A DNA stretch of 63,218 nt, filler included, from Reclinomonas americana ATCC 50394 (Eukaryota), in the NCBI GenBank assembly GCA_048213135.1. It is 8 parts of 4 records of this genome, joined end to end, with 100 filler letters (N's around TTAATTAATTAA, not from the genome) between each part and the next. Parts side by side here need not be neighbours in the genome. Positions count along the whole stretch, not along the records: positions 1 to 11,586 come from PS015292.1; 7 more parts are not named here. One strand, written 5' to 3'. The notes beneath the pieces were generated by a model. That model was given only the letters and a program-made list of their open reading frames with translations, did no database searches and was not told the origin of the DNA. The position numbers were made by a program, and so were the translations under genes. Below, piece by piece: positions 1-11,686 of this stretch (position 1 is its first letter; every line of letters begins with the position of its first letter).

Positions 1-631
1 TCGATCGATCCACGCCTGCAACACAGTGGTGAGAGAGCAATCACATGCAAATCTCCGCGCAGTTTAAACGCAACTCTCATTGCTGTGGTGAAGTAGTACG
101 TGGCCTCTGCGCGACGCACTTGCAGTGGCGCAACACTCTCGCCCACCGCCGGCAGTGCTGCTCTCATGTGAGACACAGAGAGAGAGCTCAGTGAGACGAG
201 ATTGTGACGCAACAGGCAATGTACTCGGTCTGCCACGTGTCCTTGGACTCCTCCTCCTGTGCTCCACGCGCGCGCGCGTGTGTGTTGTGTGAGTAGTCCA
301 TTGTATCTGTGTGTGTGTGTGTGGCTATTACCTCTCGATCGACTTCGTCTTCCTCAATGGGTCGCCGATCAAACCCGAGCGGACATCGCGCCCCACTGCT
401 TCCCTCCGCCTCCGCCGGAGCTGGAGCTGAAGCTGCCACAGCACTGGCACTATCCACATCATCTGTGGCCGCAGTCGTGTCTGCGCCTCTGCCCACAGGG
501 CATGTCGCCGCGGAGATGGCCTTGCTCTCCTCCGCAACCTCTGCGACAGGGGCATCAACCACTGCAGCAGTCTCCTGTTGCTGTTGCTGCTGTTGCTGCT
601 GCAGCGCGCGATGATAAGGGCACCTGTCCAT
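1..631 (-). CDS. Unknown protein with N-terminal Cys-Pro (heme-regulatory-like) motifs and polyQ; 3' end outside the window
   Basis: ATG 631 gives MDRCPYHRALQQQ..ATCPV..ARCPLGF. A GTAATA intron plus GTTGCGT introns at 158-213 and 16-74 keep the frame open (..EYIASLPAVGES..TTAMR/AWIDR). Confidence 0.6.
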
Positions 632-768
632 TGTGTGCGTGCGTGTGATTATGCGCGCGAGGACAAACGAATGGACAGTCTGCGCGTGCTCGCATCCGGA
701 TATCTGCGCAACTATCTTTGTGAGAGACGCACACACACTTGCACACGCACACTCACGCTCGGTTTGAC

Positions 769-1994
769 ATGAGAGCGGCAGCAGTGCTTTCTCAGCTGCT
801 GCTGCTTCTGCTGCTTGTTGGCGTTGCCTCTGCAGGTAATGAATGGGTCATGTGTGTGAGTTTCTCTCACTCTCACACTCACACTCACTCACTCTCTCAC
901 ACACACACGCAACAGCGAGGTCAGCGGAGCAAACGTATCCGTGTGCGTATGCGGCACCGTTAGTGTCTCTGGCGCCCAGTGAGCAGCTGTTCTTCACATG
1001 TCGCGAGGCAAAGACCAGTCCGCAGGCACCTGCGGTGTCGGTTCTTGTCTCTCCACGAGGTCAGCGCGCACACGCGCACTCTCTCTCTCTCTCTCTCTCT
1101 CTCCTCTGTGCACTGCTCATTCCGCGAGGGCCACGCAGATGTGGATATGACGGAGACGGTGGAGGCGTTGATTTGCCGCGGTGAACAGTGCGTGCACAGT
1201 GGCGCGTTTGGTCGTGATGGACTCGCGTGGCACGATGTGGGCATGCAGTTGGGCGCAGGCAAGGGCGACCAGTACACGCTGCAGGTGCGGCACACGGGTC
1301 ACTCGATGGATGCGGTGTCGTTTGCTCTGTTGTTCGAGGTGAAGGATCCGACGGCGGCGGCGGTCGACGAGGAGGATGCCGAGTCGGAGCACAGTTTGGA
1401 GGAGGATGATATGGAGGATTGGGNNNNNNNNNNNNNNNNNNNNNNNNNNNNNNNNNNNNNNNNNNNNNNNNNNNNNNNNNNNNNNNNNNNNNNNNNNNNN
1501 NNNNNNNNNNNNNNNNNNNNNNNNNNNNNNNNNNNNNNNNNNNNNNNNNNNNNNNNNNNNNNNNNNNNNNNNNNNNNNNNNNNNNNNNNNNNNNNNNNNN
1601 NNNNNNNNNNNNNNNNNNNNNNNNNNNNNNNNNNNNNNNNNNNNNNNNNNNNNNNNNNNNNNNNNNNNNNNNNNNNNNNNNNNNNNNNNNNNNNNNNNNN
1701 NNNNNNNNNNNNNNNNNNNNNNNNNNNNNNNNNNNNNNNNNNNNNNNNNNNNNNNNNNNNNNNNNNNNNNNNNNNNNNNNNNNNNNNNNNNNNNNNNNNN
1801 NNNNNNNNNNNNNNNNNNNNNNNNNNNNNNNNNNNNNNNNNNNNNNNNTGTTTGAGCAGATGCTGGAGACGCTGGAGACTACCGTGGCCGAGGAGGAGAG
1901 AGCGGCAGCGGCGTCGGCGGCAGCCAGTGCCGGCGATAGTGCTACGACTGTTGTTACTGACGCAGCAGCAGTGGTGGCGGCTGATGACAAGTGA
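769..1994 (+). CDS. Hypothetical secreted protein (signal peptide, acidic region), interrupted by an N-gap
   Basis: Signal peptide MRAAAVLSQLLLLLLLVGVASA. Two GT-AG introns join the frames. The ORF after the gap ends ..VAADDK*. Confidence 0.55.
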
Positions 1995-2047
1995 AACAGC
2001 TAGAAAAGAAACAAGTTGCTATTCTCTTGATTCGGTTTTCTTTTTAA

Positions 2048-2734
2048 CTAGGGTCCATTACTCTTTGCCAGCGACTCCGCGGGCATTGTCGTCGTCGCGG
2101 TTGTCGACGGCGCCATCAGCATGACGGTGCGGAACTCCTCGAAATCCACCTCGCCATCGCCATTGATATCGGCGGCAATCAGCATCTCCCGAAAGTCCTC
2201 TTCGCTCAATGCGACCTCCGCAGGCGCAGCACCGGGAGTAGCTGCTGCATTCCCAGCAGGCGCATTCGCCGCCAACAGCATACGAATGGCCGAGGCCAGC
2301 TCGCGCTCATTGATCTTTCCGCTCCCATCCGAATCAAACATGCGAAACACCGCGCGCAGATCGGCCTCCGGATCGCCCGCCTCCATCACCGCCACGATCA
2401 GCTCGCTCAACTCGCCAAACTCCACGAATCCATCGCTGTGCTGTCGCACCTCTTGAATGATCTCGTACACCTCAGGCGTCCACGATTTCAGCCCTGCGAA
2501 AGGAGGCCGTAAGCCGGCCTGTGTGTGAGGCAAAAGCGCGAGGCAGAGGACACACGCACCAAACTGCGTCAACACGTCGATCAACTGTGCACGAGAGCAT
2601 GAGAGACACACAAAGAGAGAGTGGAAGGCGAGCACTGAGCGTCGCGTAACCGCGTGTATTGTGATGCGCCCTGTGCGATCGCGGTCGTATCTGTCAAAGA
2701 TCACACGCAGCTTGCGTTGCAGTGCCTCGTCCAT
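2048..2734 (-). CDS. Calmodulin/centrin-like EF-hand protein
   Basis: EF-hand loops DRDRTGRITIH, DSDGSGKINERE and DINGDGEVDFEE. Two short GT-AG introns. Probable ATG at 2734 (MDEALQRKLRVIF). Confidence 0.85.
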   Translation of the reverse strand: MDEALQRKLRVIFDRYDRDRTGRITIHAVTRRSVLAFHSLFVCLSCSRAQLIDVLTQFGACVLCLALLPHTQAGLRPPFAGLKSWTPEVYEIIQEVRQHSDGFVEFGELSELIVAVMEAGDPEADLRAVFRMFDSDGSGKINERELASAIRMLLAANAPAGNAAATPGAAPAEVALSEEDFREMLIAADINGDGEVDFEEFRTVMLMAPSTTATTTMPAESLAKSNGP

Positions 2735-2824
2735 CTCCTTCGCTCTCTCACTGTCTGTCACTCGTCGCGCGCGAACATGACAGCATTTTCGCTCACATTT
2801 TCGTTTTGCATTGCGTCACACACG

Positions 2825-4738
2825 ATGCGGAAGAACTCGCTTCTCCTTCTCCTCTTGCTGCTGCTTGCGCTTGTGCTCAGCAGCAGCGCACGTGCTGCTC
2901 GCGACGAGGAGGAAGACGATGAGGATTTTGAGCCGCCCTCACAGGAGGAGATGCAACAGCAGTTGCAGTTTGCCATGCACACTGATGCAGCCATGAGCAC
3001 ATCGTCGCAGCCGGTGGCACCCGTGGAGAACGATGAGCGAACAGGCGCCTACATTGATGTCAAAGTAGTGTGAGTGATATGATTGATGATGACGCCTTTA
3101 AGTGACGCCTTATCCGCTCGCCTAGCGAGTGAGGCGCACATACACACACACACGCACGTGTACTGAGCGCTTGTCTTGCTTCTCAACGCACGCAGTCCGA
3201 GTGACAAGGAACGCCACGTGGCGGCCATGGTGTTCGATGAGGAGGCGCGCGAGTTGGACATTGACTGCGCGTACCTGTGCAAGCGGGCGTGCTGCAAGGC
3301 CAGTGCGGTGATTGAGGTGCCACCGGAGGGCGAGGAGGCGCTGCCGGAGCCGCCGCGTCTGCTGTGCTTTGCGGGCTGCTATCGGAATTGCACGGCTGGT
3401 GCGCCGCCAGAGCCCGAGCCGTCCGAGCCGGCGCCTGGAGTTGCGTGGCTGCTCCTGCTGGTGCTCTGGAGCGGAGATGGTGACTTATGTGTTTGTGTGT
3501 GAGTGCAGCAAGACAAGGACGCCAAGCCGCAGCGCAAGACACCAAACTCAGTCGGCAACTACCTCAAGTTCAATGGTCTGCGCCGTCGTCGCCACTTCTC
3601 TCTCACTCTCTGTGCACGCTATTGACTGCTCTGCCTCCTCCTCCGCTCTAGGTCTGAACAAGATCAGCTTTGTGACGTGGAACATTTGGGCGGTGGCCAA
3701 GTTCTATCAGGATGTGCTCGGCGGTGTCATTGTGGAGAATGCCAGCTACGACAAGTACTTTTCCGATGAGCTCTACGAGGGTCTCTTCCAGAAGGAGATC
3801 ACCGACGCGCGCATGAACCGCCAGCACCGTGCCAAGCGTGCCGTGGCCGACTTGTCGGACTTTGGCAAGGATCGCATGGCCACGCGTCTCATTAGCTTTG
3901 GTGACACGTACTTGGAGCTGGTGCAGTTTATCGGCCGTCGTCCGGCCTCGCTCACCTACACGCCGTTCCGTGCCAACTTTACGTCGCCGGGCCTGATTGG
4001 CACGGCCTACATTGGCTTCGAGGTGAAGCCGGAGGTCGATCTCGGTCGCTTCATCAACGAGTTCGAGAACGTCGCTCGCAAGCACAACTTCAACTCGGTG
4101 CGCTGCAACCGCGTGCAAGAGGTCGACGACGAGATCGACCGCATCTCCAGCGGCCGCCGCTACCCCAAGAACAACTTTTACCGCAACGCCGACGGCCCGT
4201 TCACCGGCTGGGAGGTGGCGTTCTGCAAGGGCCCCGAGGGCGAGCAGATCCAGTTCAACCAGTACAATGGCGAGTCCGGTCGTCGTCTGGCTGCCGCGTT
4301 CCCTCGGTGCGCTCTATTCTTTTTTAATGTGTACTGGTAGAGGACTCACTGCCATGTGCGTGTGCGTGCGCCCCCGACAGCTACGTGCATCAGCGCATGA
4401 GCGAGTACGCTCCGTACGAGTTCAAGGGCAAGTACCCGCCGGAGGTGGCCGACTCTGCGACCACGCTGGCCGCCGGTGCCTTTGAAGCGGAGGACGAAGC
4501 GGGTGTCAAGACGGAGCACGCTGTCAAGCCTCGCGGTGCGCGCCTGGTGTCGAAGGGTCGTGGCGGCGACGACGACGACGACGATGACGACGACGATGAT
4601 GACGACGATGACGAGGACTACGGCCGCGACGGCGCTGGCGACGATGATGACGACGACGACAGCGACGACGACGAAGACGAGCCGTCGCTGGACGTCAAGC
4701 CGCGCAGCATGGCGTCGCGCAAGCGCGAGGAGCTGTGA
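2825..4738 (+). CDS. ER-luminal VOC/glyoxalase-superfamily protein with signal peptide, Cys-rich segment, acidic tail and C-terminal REEL
   Basis: Signal peptide MRKNSLLLLLLLLLALVLSSSARA. VOC-type segments GLNKISFVTWNIWAVAKFYQDVLGG, YLELVQF and FCKGPEGEQIQF. Poly-Asp tail ending KREEL*. Four GT-AG introns. Confidence 0.7.
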
Positions 4739-4805
4739 GGCTACTCGATAGAAGAAAACGGCACCGATCGTGCGCGCAGTAAAAACAGCGTCACCTTGCC
4801 GCGTT

Positions 4806-5519
4806 TTACTTTTCGTGGCACTGCTGCTGCTGCTGCCTCCTCTGGCGCTTCTCCAATCGCTTCTCCAGTTGTTCCATGCGCGCCTCAATGATACTGCGCA
4901 GCACCGCCGCCGGCGTGCGCACTCCCTTCACCTGTCGGTACGACGCTCGTCGGCGCTTATAGTCTGGCTCTCCCGCACGACGTGACGCGCCTGCCTCCCC
5001 CCGCTCCTCTCCCTCCCAGTCATCATCATCCTCCTCATCGTCTTCTGGCGGAGGCGGGGGCGGAGGTGGTGGCGGCGGAGGCAGTGGTTCCGCCCGACGA
5101 AGCACCCAACGCAAGTCCAACCGCGCCTCCATCGCCGCCACGCGCATCTCCAGTGGCTCTCCCACCACCTCCCAACACCGTTCCCACACATCCCGCAGCG
5201 CCTGCGCCACCTCCGTCACCTGCCCCACATACTCCGACAGACACCTCGCCCGCGCCTCCCCAAACGCAGTCGCCAACACGCGACAATGCTCCACTCGCAC
5301 CGGCAATCGCTGCATCAGCGCACACACCTGCGCAGCGAGCGTCGACACGTACTTGTTGTCACTGCTCTCTCGCGCAGGCAGCATGCGCAAGAGTGCGTGT
5401 CGTGCACGCGCCTCCGCGGCCTCCTTTGTGCGCAGTGCAGCCAGTGGAGGAGGCACCTCTGCGCCTTCACAGCCTGCCTCCAGACGCATCAGTGACTGCA
5501 GTGGCGCTCTCGACGACAT
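4806..5519 (-). CDS. U11/U12 snRNP 48K (SNRNP48)-like protein, apparently lacking the N-terminal CHHC zinc finger
   Basis: Single-exon 237-aa ORF. The C-terminal DYKRRRASYRQVKGVRTPAAVLRSIIEARMEQL resembles the conserved DYKRRRxSYR..(R/K)..V(I/L)..(I/V)I..xMEE block of animal and plant U11-48K (recognised from memory). Confidence 0.55.
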   Translation of the reverse strand: MSSRAPLQSLMRLEAGCEGAEVPPPLAALRTKEAAEARARHALLRMLPARESSDNKYVSTLAAQVCALMQRLPVRVEHCRVLATAFGEARARCLSEYVGQVTEVAQALRDVWERCWEVVGEPLEMRVAAMEARLDLRWVLRRAEPLPPPPPPPPPPPPEDDEEDDDDWEGEERGEAGASRRAGEPDYKRRRASYRQVKGVRTPAAVLRSIIEARMEQLEKRLEKRQRRQQQQQCHEK

Positions 5520-5573
5520 TGAATATGTCAGTTAGTTGCCCTGCGTCCTGTCTCCGTCTCTTGTGGCACATGA

Positions 5574-8500
5574 ATGAGCGCGGAGGAATGGTGGCAGGCC
5601 AGTGGCGAGAGTGTGCTTCAGCGTGTGACAGAGGGCGTCAATGAGACAGCGACACGCATCGCTGCGTTTGAGGAGCACTCGTGGCGCGCACTGGTCATGC
5701 AGCGTGTGGAGAAGGTATGGTGTCACCATGCGCGTGGAAGCATGCTGTGGGCAAGTGTGTCAACGCGTGCGACAGGTGCTGCAGGAGTGGCGGGAACCCG
5801 TCTTGTCTGTGGACCAGGTGTATGCGGAGATTGTGTGGGAGACTTGTCGCGAATTGTTGCCGGCGCAGCTCGGCGTGTTGCGGGCGGAGCGTGAGGCCGA
5901 GCAGCGGGTACATGTTCTTTTGTGACTCTCCTCTGTTGTGTATGCGCTGGCTCTGATCGGGGGATCGTGGCGCAGGCTGTGGAGGTGCATCTGTGGCCTC
6001 GCCTGCGCCAATGGGCGCGAGAGACTGGCGTTGTTGAATCGTCGCCACTGGACGAGGTGAAGCAAGTGGTGATGGCGACGGTGGGCGATCCAGTGGCCGA
6101 GCTGCGGTGCGTGTGTGTGCTTGCGGATACAGGAGGAGTGACCCTCAACAGACAAGCAGGGCACGAGTGGATGCCGCTCGTCGGGCGCACTTCCAGAGCA
6201 GTTTTCCCGAGCGTGCGGCGCAGCAGGAGCAGCAGGCTCGTGCAGTGCGTCTTGCACGCTTTCAGCACCTGACGAGTGCAGTCGACGAGCAGCACGAGGC
6301 GCGACATTCGGTGCTGGAGTATGTGCGGCGTTGGGATGCACTCAGCGAGGTGTGCTTTGCGCGCGGTGCTCGTCGTGTGCGACACACCGCGCTCATCAGT
6401 GCTGCAGTGGGAGCGTGAGGAGCTGTCCGGAGAAGTCAGTGTGTGGCAGTCTGCACGGCGCCAGCAGCTGTGGGCACAACTGGCGACAGAGGAGGCTGCA
6501 TGGAGGGGCGGCTGGGACGCAGGTGGTGAGTGCCACGACGACGGCTGGGCGTGCGATACAAGCTGACAGCTTTCGACACAGTGCCGCACTTGTACAAGCT
6601 TGCGTTGGAGACTGCGCGTGTTGCTTCGCGCGTGCTGGAAAGAATCGAGGCACCGCCACGATCGTCACTCGCTGCACTCTCTGCCACGTGTATGCCGTCG
6701 CCACCGTGGTTGCAGATGCTGGCGGGTGCGTGCATGTCGCTGACCATGCCCTCCTTCGTCGTCATGCATCTCTGCCTCCTGTTTGCTTGCTAACCTGCAG
6801 TGGTGGCAGATCTGCGTCGTCTGTGGCGCAGTCAGCAACCGCTCCCCCTCGGCGAGCCTGCGTCATCGGCTGTTCCGGCCGCCGAGATGACCGCCGAACT
6901 CGTGCTGCTCACCGATTTGAGTGGTTTCGTCGCATTCGGTGTTGCGATTGGTCTCTCCTGGGATGATAGTACTCATTGCGGAAGCGATGCAGACCGACCA
7001 TCCTCGCCCTTCCGTTCCTTGCTGGCACTTACACTTGCTGCGCTGCCGTGGGATGCGAGCAGTGGTGTGACGGAGGCACTCGGCACCCTTCTCGCCCGCG
7101 ATGCGCTTGCCTGTCACACCACATTGCAGTGGGCCGAAGAGCAGCTGTCGCCCGCCATGGTTACCCACGCTGGATGCTGGTGCGTTGCCGTGTTGAGCAG
7201 TCTGCACGCAGTGCGCGCTGATGGTCACACCCGCTATTGCAGGCCGCTCGTACGCGCGCAGCTGCGCGCTGTGGATTTCACGCATCGGTGGCGTGCCAGC
7301 TTCACCTCTCATCGTGTCGAGTCGACGCATGTGCGGCGGTTGTTTGCCGCCGGGAATGTGGACTCCTCGATTCCGGCACGCCTCTGGCTGACTGGTCGCC
7401 GGCGCCTTTGTCGCGCTGCACTACAAGTGGAGGCCGCACGCCGGCGAGTGGCCGCCTCTGCTCTTCTCACTGGAGTGCGACCGGTGCGTGCCGAGCTGCA
7501 GCTGCACACCAGTGTGCTGGCACACCGAGCGACCGCCAAAACCTGTCGCTCCGCCCTCCGTCGCCTGCAGCCGTTGTGTGCGTCGCCGTCGATGTTCAGA
7601 GTGCGTCTCGTCCTCGCGACCAGCTGCTGTGCCGAGAATCCCCTCACCAACTTGTGCAGGGCTTGCTGCTGGCCGTTGCGTTGGTGTGTCGGCTAGTTGC
7701 ATTGCGCAACTCTGTGATGGACACGAGTCGTGACGTGCTGCATGCTGTGACGCAGTCGGTGAGTACTTTGTCATGGGCGTTGCGCCACGAGTAGTGTGGC
7801 GTCTCACAAAATGTACACAGGGCGATTCGGTCAACGCCAGTGCACGGCAAGCACTGGAACTGGTGCTGGCCGATGACGAGGAGCGCTTTCACGTGCAGGT
7901 ACAGGAAGCCGTCGAGTGCTCGCTTCCGTCACTGCTGGACCACACACTGCGCTGGTACGTCCGTCCACAGCGGCGCCCACACGTAATCTTCCCCCCATTT
8001 GTCAAAAGAATCGCACATGCAGTGTCGAGTCGCTGGCTCAAGTGGCACACACGCGTCGTGTGGCGTGGACGCTGGCGGTGTGTTTCCTGCAGGAACTGTT
8101 GGACTGGTGGAAAGAGGGCGGTCTGCGTGCACGACACGTAGTTCCTTGTGCGCATCGCTTCAGTGTTGCACTGGCGGATGTGTTGAGCCATCGGCAGAGG
8201 CCTCGACTGCTGTCTGTTGAACTACGTATGCCTCTCTCTCTTGTCGACGACATGGCTCCGTGGACAGCCGTGGTCGACGAGTGTCTGCTCTTGTTGAAAC
8301 CGTCGCGCATTGCTGGGTGAGTGTGTGTGGGGAGGTGACTTCCCTACCTCGTTGTATCGCCGACACGAAGTCGCTTGTGCAGTGATCGTCTGGACGTGCA
8401 TCGATGTTTTCTGCCGGCTTCATCAGCGGTCGCATTGCGCCGCCTCTTTCGCGCACTGATGGGTGTGGTGTCCACGTACTTTGTGGTGCGTGTTCCGGAA

Positions 8501-9227
8501 CCAGAGGCGACAAGCGAGCAGCTGTTGGTGCACGGCCGCGAACGTTTCTTGCCCACTGCCTTTTGGTTTGGGTGCGTCGCTGCTGTGCCTCTGGGGAGAG
8601 AGTGAAGAAGCAACAAGCTAACGTGCACTCTCATTATAGACATGCACCGGTGGTGCGGCAATGGCTGGAAGAACGAACGGAACGGAGTGTGGACGATGGA
8701 GGCGGCGACCGTGAGATGGACAGGCGTGCTCTTGCTGATGCGCGGCGCGTGTCGGCCGCGGTACGCGATCACTGTGGTCGAATTTTGCATCGAGCGCACC
8801 GCGCTGTGGGTGATCGCCTCGCCGCATTCTGTCGGGATATCGTGCGTGCTCCCCAGTTCTTGTTGTGTTGCTTGGTTTGTGTGCTCCGACGACTCAAACC
8901 CACCACCACGGGCAGCTGACTCGCGGACGACGATTTGTCAACCGAGCCGAGTTTGAGCTGGCCGTGCATGCCGACGTGTGGCAACCGGCGGCCACCATGC
9001 TGACGGTGATCTGGAGGGAGGAGTGCCACCGGCTGGTGGGATCGCTGGTGCTGCAGGTGACGCCCACCGACAATCGCCTGTGGCCGGGTCCACACACGGT
9101 GAAGTGGAAGCAGGAGGGTGAAAATGCCGACACGGAGGGCGAAATGGTCAGCATGGTCACCGCCACGCCTCTGCCTGTGTCACTCGCGTCACGGATCATG
9201 GCGAGAACACTGTTGGCTAATCAATAA
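5574..9227 (+). CDS. Large multi-exon hypothetical protein
   Basis: Chain of + strand ORF segments (MSAEEWWQ.., ..ARTLLANQ*) separated by GT..AG stretches. No family recognised; exon structure only approximate. Confidence 0.4.
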
Positions 9228-9271
9228 TGATAATGCATAACAATAAGTTAATAAAGTGTTTGTTTTGCTGT

Positions 9272-9766
9272 TTACCACATCGACCCGTCTTGCTCGACCC
9301 CGACAGTAAAGGCACGACTCCGCGCGTCCTCCAGAATGAAGCAACGCAACACAATCTCAGGCAAGCAGCGCTCGACCTCTGCCTCCTCCACGTAGAACAC
9401 GGGTAACATATCTTGCACGGCTTCGCAGGCGAGCTGCGCAGTGGACACCTCACGCCGCGAGGCGCCCACGACCGAGAACCACATGCGTACGCAACAATCG
9501 CTGCATCCAAACACAATCGCATGCCCGTCCGAGGTGACGGCGACAGACGACACCGTGCCCGCCCACATGAACTCGCGAACCTGCATGGCGGCAGCCACCG
9601 ACCACACTCGCACGCTACCGTCGTTGCCGGCGCTGACAAGAAGGTCGCTGTCGGCCGTGAACGCCAGCGATGTCACCTCAAACAGATGACCCACGAGAAG
9701 GCCTCGTACCGCTTCCGGGTCTCGCCTCGGTCTCGCATTCACCGTGGTGAAGCCAGTAAACGCGCT
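9272..9766 (-). CDS. WD40-repeat protein, 3' part
   Basis: LVGHLFEVTSLAFTADSDLLVSAGNDGSVRVW and VSSVAVTSDGHAIVFGCSDCCVRMW. 5' end falls in an N-gap. Confidence 0.8.
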   Translation of the reverse strand, partial: SAFTGFTTVNARPRRDPEAVRGLLVGHLFEVTSLAFTADSDLLVSAGNDGSVRVWSVAAAMQVREFMWAGTVSSVAVTSDGHAIVFGCSDCCVRMWFSVVGASRREVSTAQLACEAVQDMLPVFYVEEAEVERCLPEIVLRCFILEDARSRAFTVGVEQDGSMW

Positions 9767-10279
9767 ANNNNNNNNNNNNNNNNNNNNNNNNNNNNNNNNN
9801 NNNNNNNNNNNNNNNNNNNNNNNNNNNNNNNNNNNNNNNNNNNNNNNNNNNNNNNNNNNNNNNNNNNNNNNNNNNNNNNNNNNNNNNNNNNNNNNNNNNN
9901 NNNNNNNNNNNNNNNNNNNNNNNNNNNNNNNNNNNNNNNNNNNNNNNNNNNNNNNNNNNNNNNNNNNNNNNNNNNNNNNNNNNNNNNNNNNNNNNNNNNN
10001 NNNNNNNNNNNNNNNNNNNNNNNNNNNNNNNNNNNNNNNNNNNNNNNNNNNNNNNNNNNNNNNNNNNNNNNNNNNNNNNNNNNNNNNNNNNNNNNNNNNN
10101 NNNNNNNNNNNNNNNNNNNNNNNNNNNNNNNNNNNNNNNNNNNNNNNNNNNNNNNNNNNNNNNNNNNNNNNNNNNNNNNNNNNNNNNNNNNNNNNNNNNN
10201 NNNNNNNNNACTCAGTGAGTTGCCGATGCACGCCAACATGCATATACACATAGGTTTAGAGCAGAAGATGTGTGAAACA

Positions 10280-11586
10280 CACCGGATGTAAGAGTCGGAG
10301 ACGAGAGCAGTGTTGCTGAGGCAGTGCCCGTGGACACAAAGCCAGTGTAACAGATCTTGTACGTCTGCGACGTGAGGGAGCTGCCCACTGGCAAACCAAT
10401 CCCACCAACAGTGATGATCATGCGGCGATTCGGTCCGCCGTCATTCGATGCATATGCATAGCTGTCCATGATCACTTGCCGCGGGCCAGTCGATGTGTAC
10501 ACATTCGCTGTGTCACTGCACGTGTCTACTCAGAGGAAACAAACACCAGTAAGTAGAGCAATCGACAATACCGGCAGCAACTATTACAATGCACGCACTT
10601 TGTGTGAACATGATCGTGTCGGTCGTGCGCAGGCCAGTTCCGGTGCTGATCGCCAACGACAGAGAGGTGAGCAAAAGTGAGGACGAGCAAAGCACCTCAG
10701 ACATCTCTCTGCACTCGTGCAACGCAACAGAGTGAGCACAGCGCCAATATCCAACGTCGGAATGCTGGTGGGGGCGAAGCCCGTCAGCACCGCAGCACCT
10801 GCTCACACAGAACAATCAGTTGTCGACCTAGCTGGTATGGAAGTAATGTGGGAGAAACGCACTGACGACGGCCAGTGAGGGTGACGACAGCACCAACGAC
10901 GGCAGGTCGCTGCTGACTTGCAGGCACACGTAGTACGGCGAGCCGGCAGGATCCAGTCCAGTACCGCCGATGAATGCCGTCAACTCGGTGCGCTGCGGGT
11001 TCGTTTTCACGATGTCTGTCGCTTTGGCAGCGACAGTTGCGCACGTAGATGACGTCGAGAATTGCACCACGTCGGTGGGGTTCAGGTACAGGCCCTGTGA
11101 GTCAAATATCGTGGGAAGTGAGTTCCGCGCAGAGTAAGAGCTAGGCAACGCTCGTGGCACGCGAACCTTAACAATCACGGCCGCCATCGGATCCAAGCCG
11201 GTGATAGCGGGTGGCAGAAGGACCGAGATGCTGACCAGGCGCAGCTTCGTGGTGCCCACTTGCCTGTGCGGATGCAACCACACGCGCGCACACGCATGGT
11301 ACACACACACACGCACGCAGAGAGAGACAGAGAAAGCGAGAGAGAGTGAGAGGGAGGGAAAGAGAGAGAGGGAGAGAGAGAGAGAGAGAGAGATGTCAAG
11401 CTCGGCAGAACGCAAACAAACAGCAAGCAGAGGACGCAACGTCACAGATCCACCGCCGGGTCCAGAGCACACGTAGTATTCGCCAGCCGTAACGCTGGTG
11501 AGCTTGACATAGTGCTCCGTTGAAGTGCCAGACGCACCTGGCCCCCACCGAGAGTGAGAAGACAAGGGCTGACGCACTTGAACACC
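10280..11586 (-). CDS. Fragment of a repetitive, probably extracellular beta-rich protein (YxVC/YKIC repeats)
   Basis: Repeated units such as GLYLNPTDVVQFSTSSTC..GSPYYVC..LSSPSL and GTGLRTTDTIMFTQSAC..YKIC..LSSPTL. GTTGCGT introns at 11264-11440 and 10646-10728 restore the frame. Both ends lie in gaps. Confidence 0.5.
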
Positions 11587-11630
11587 NNNNNNNNNNNNNN
11601 NNNNNNNNNNNNNNNNNNNNNNNNNNNNNN

Positions 11631-11642
11631 TTAATTAATTAA
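11631..11642. other. Artificial assembly spacer TTAATTAATTAA within a 100-bp N block (also at 26020, 29817, 33130, 48535, 55395, 61282)
   Basis: The identical six-frame-stop 12-mer sits in the centre of N runs. Confidence 0.97.
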
Positions 11643-11686
11643 NNNNNNNNNNNNNNNNNNNNNNNNNNNNNNNNNNNNNNNNNNNN

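Noticed and set aside
11587..11686. TTAATTAATTAA palindromes in N runs (7 copies) as a biological element
   Set aside because: Six-frame-stop assembly spacer in fixed 100-bp gaps; genes such as MMACHC continue across it.
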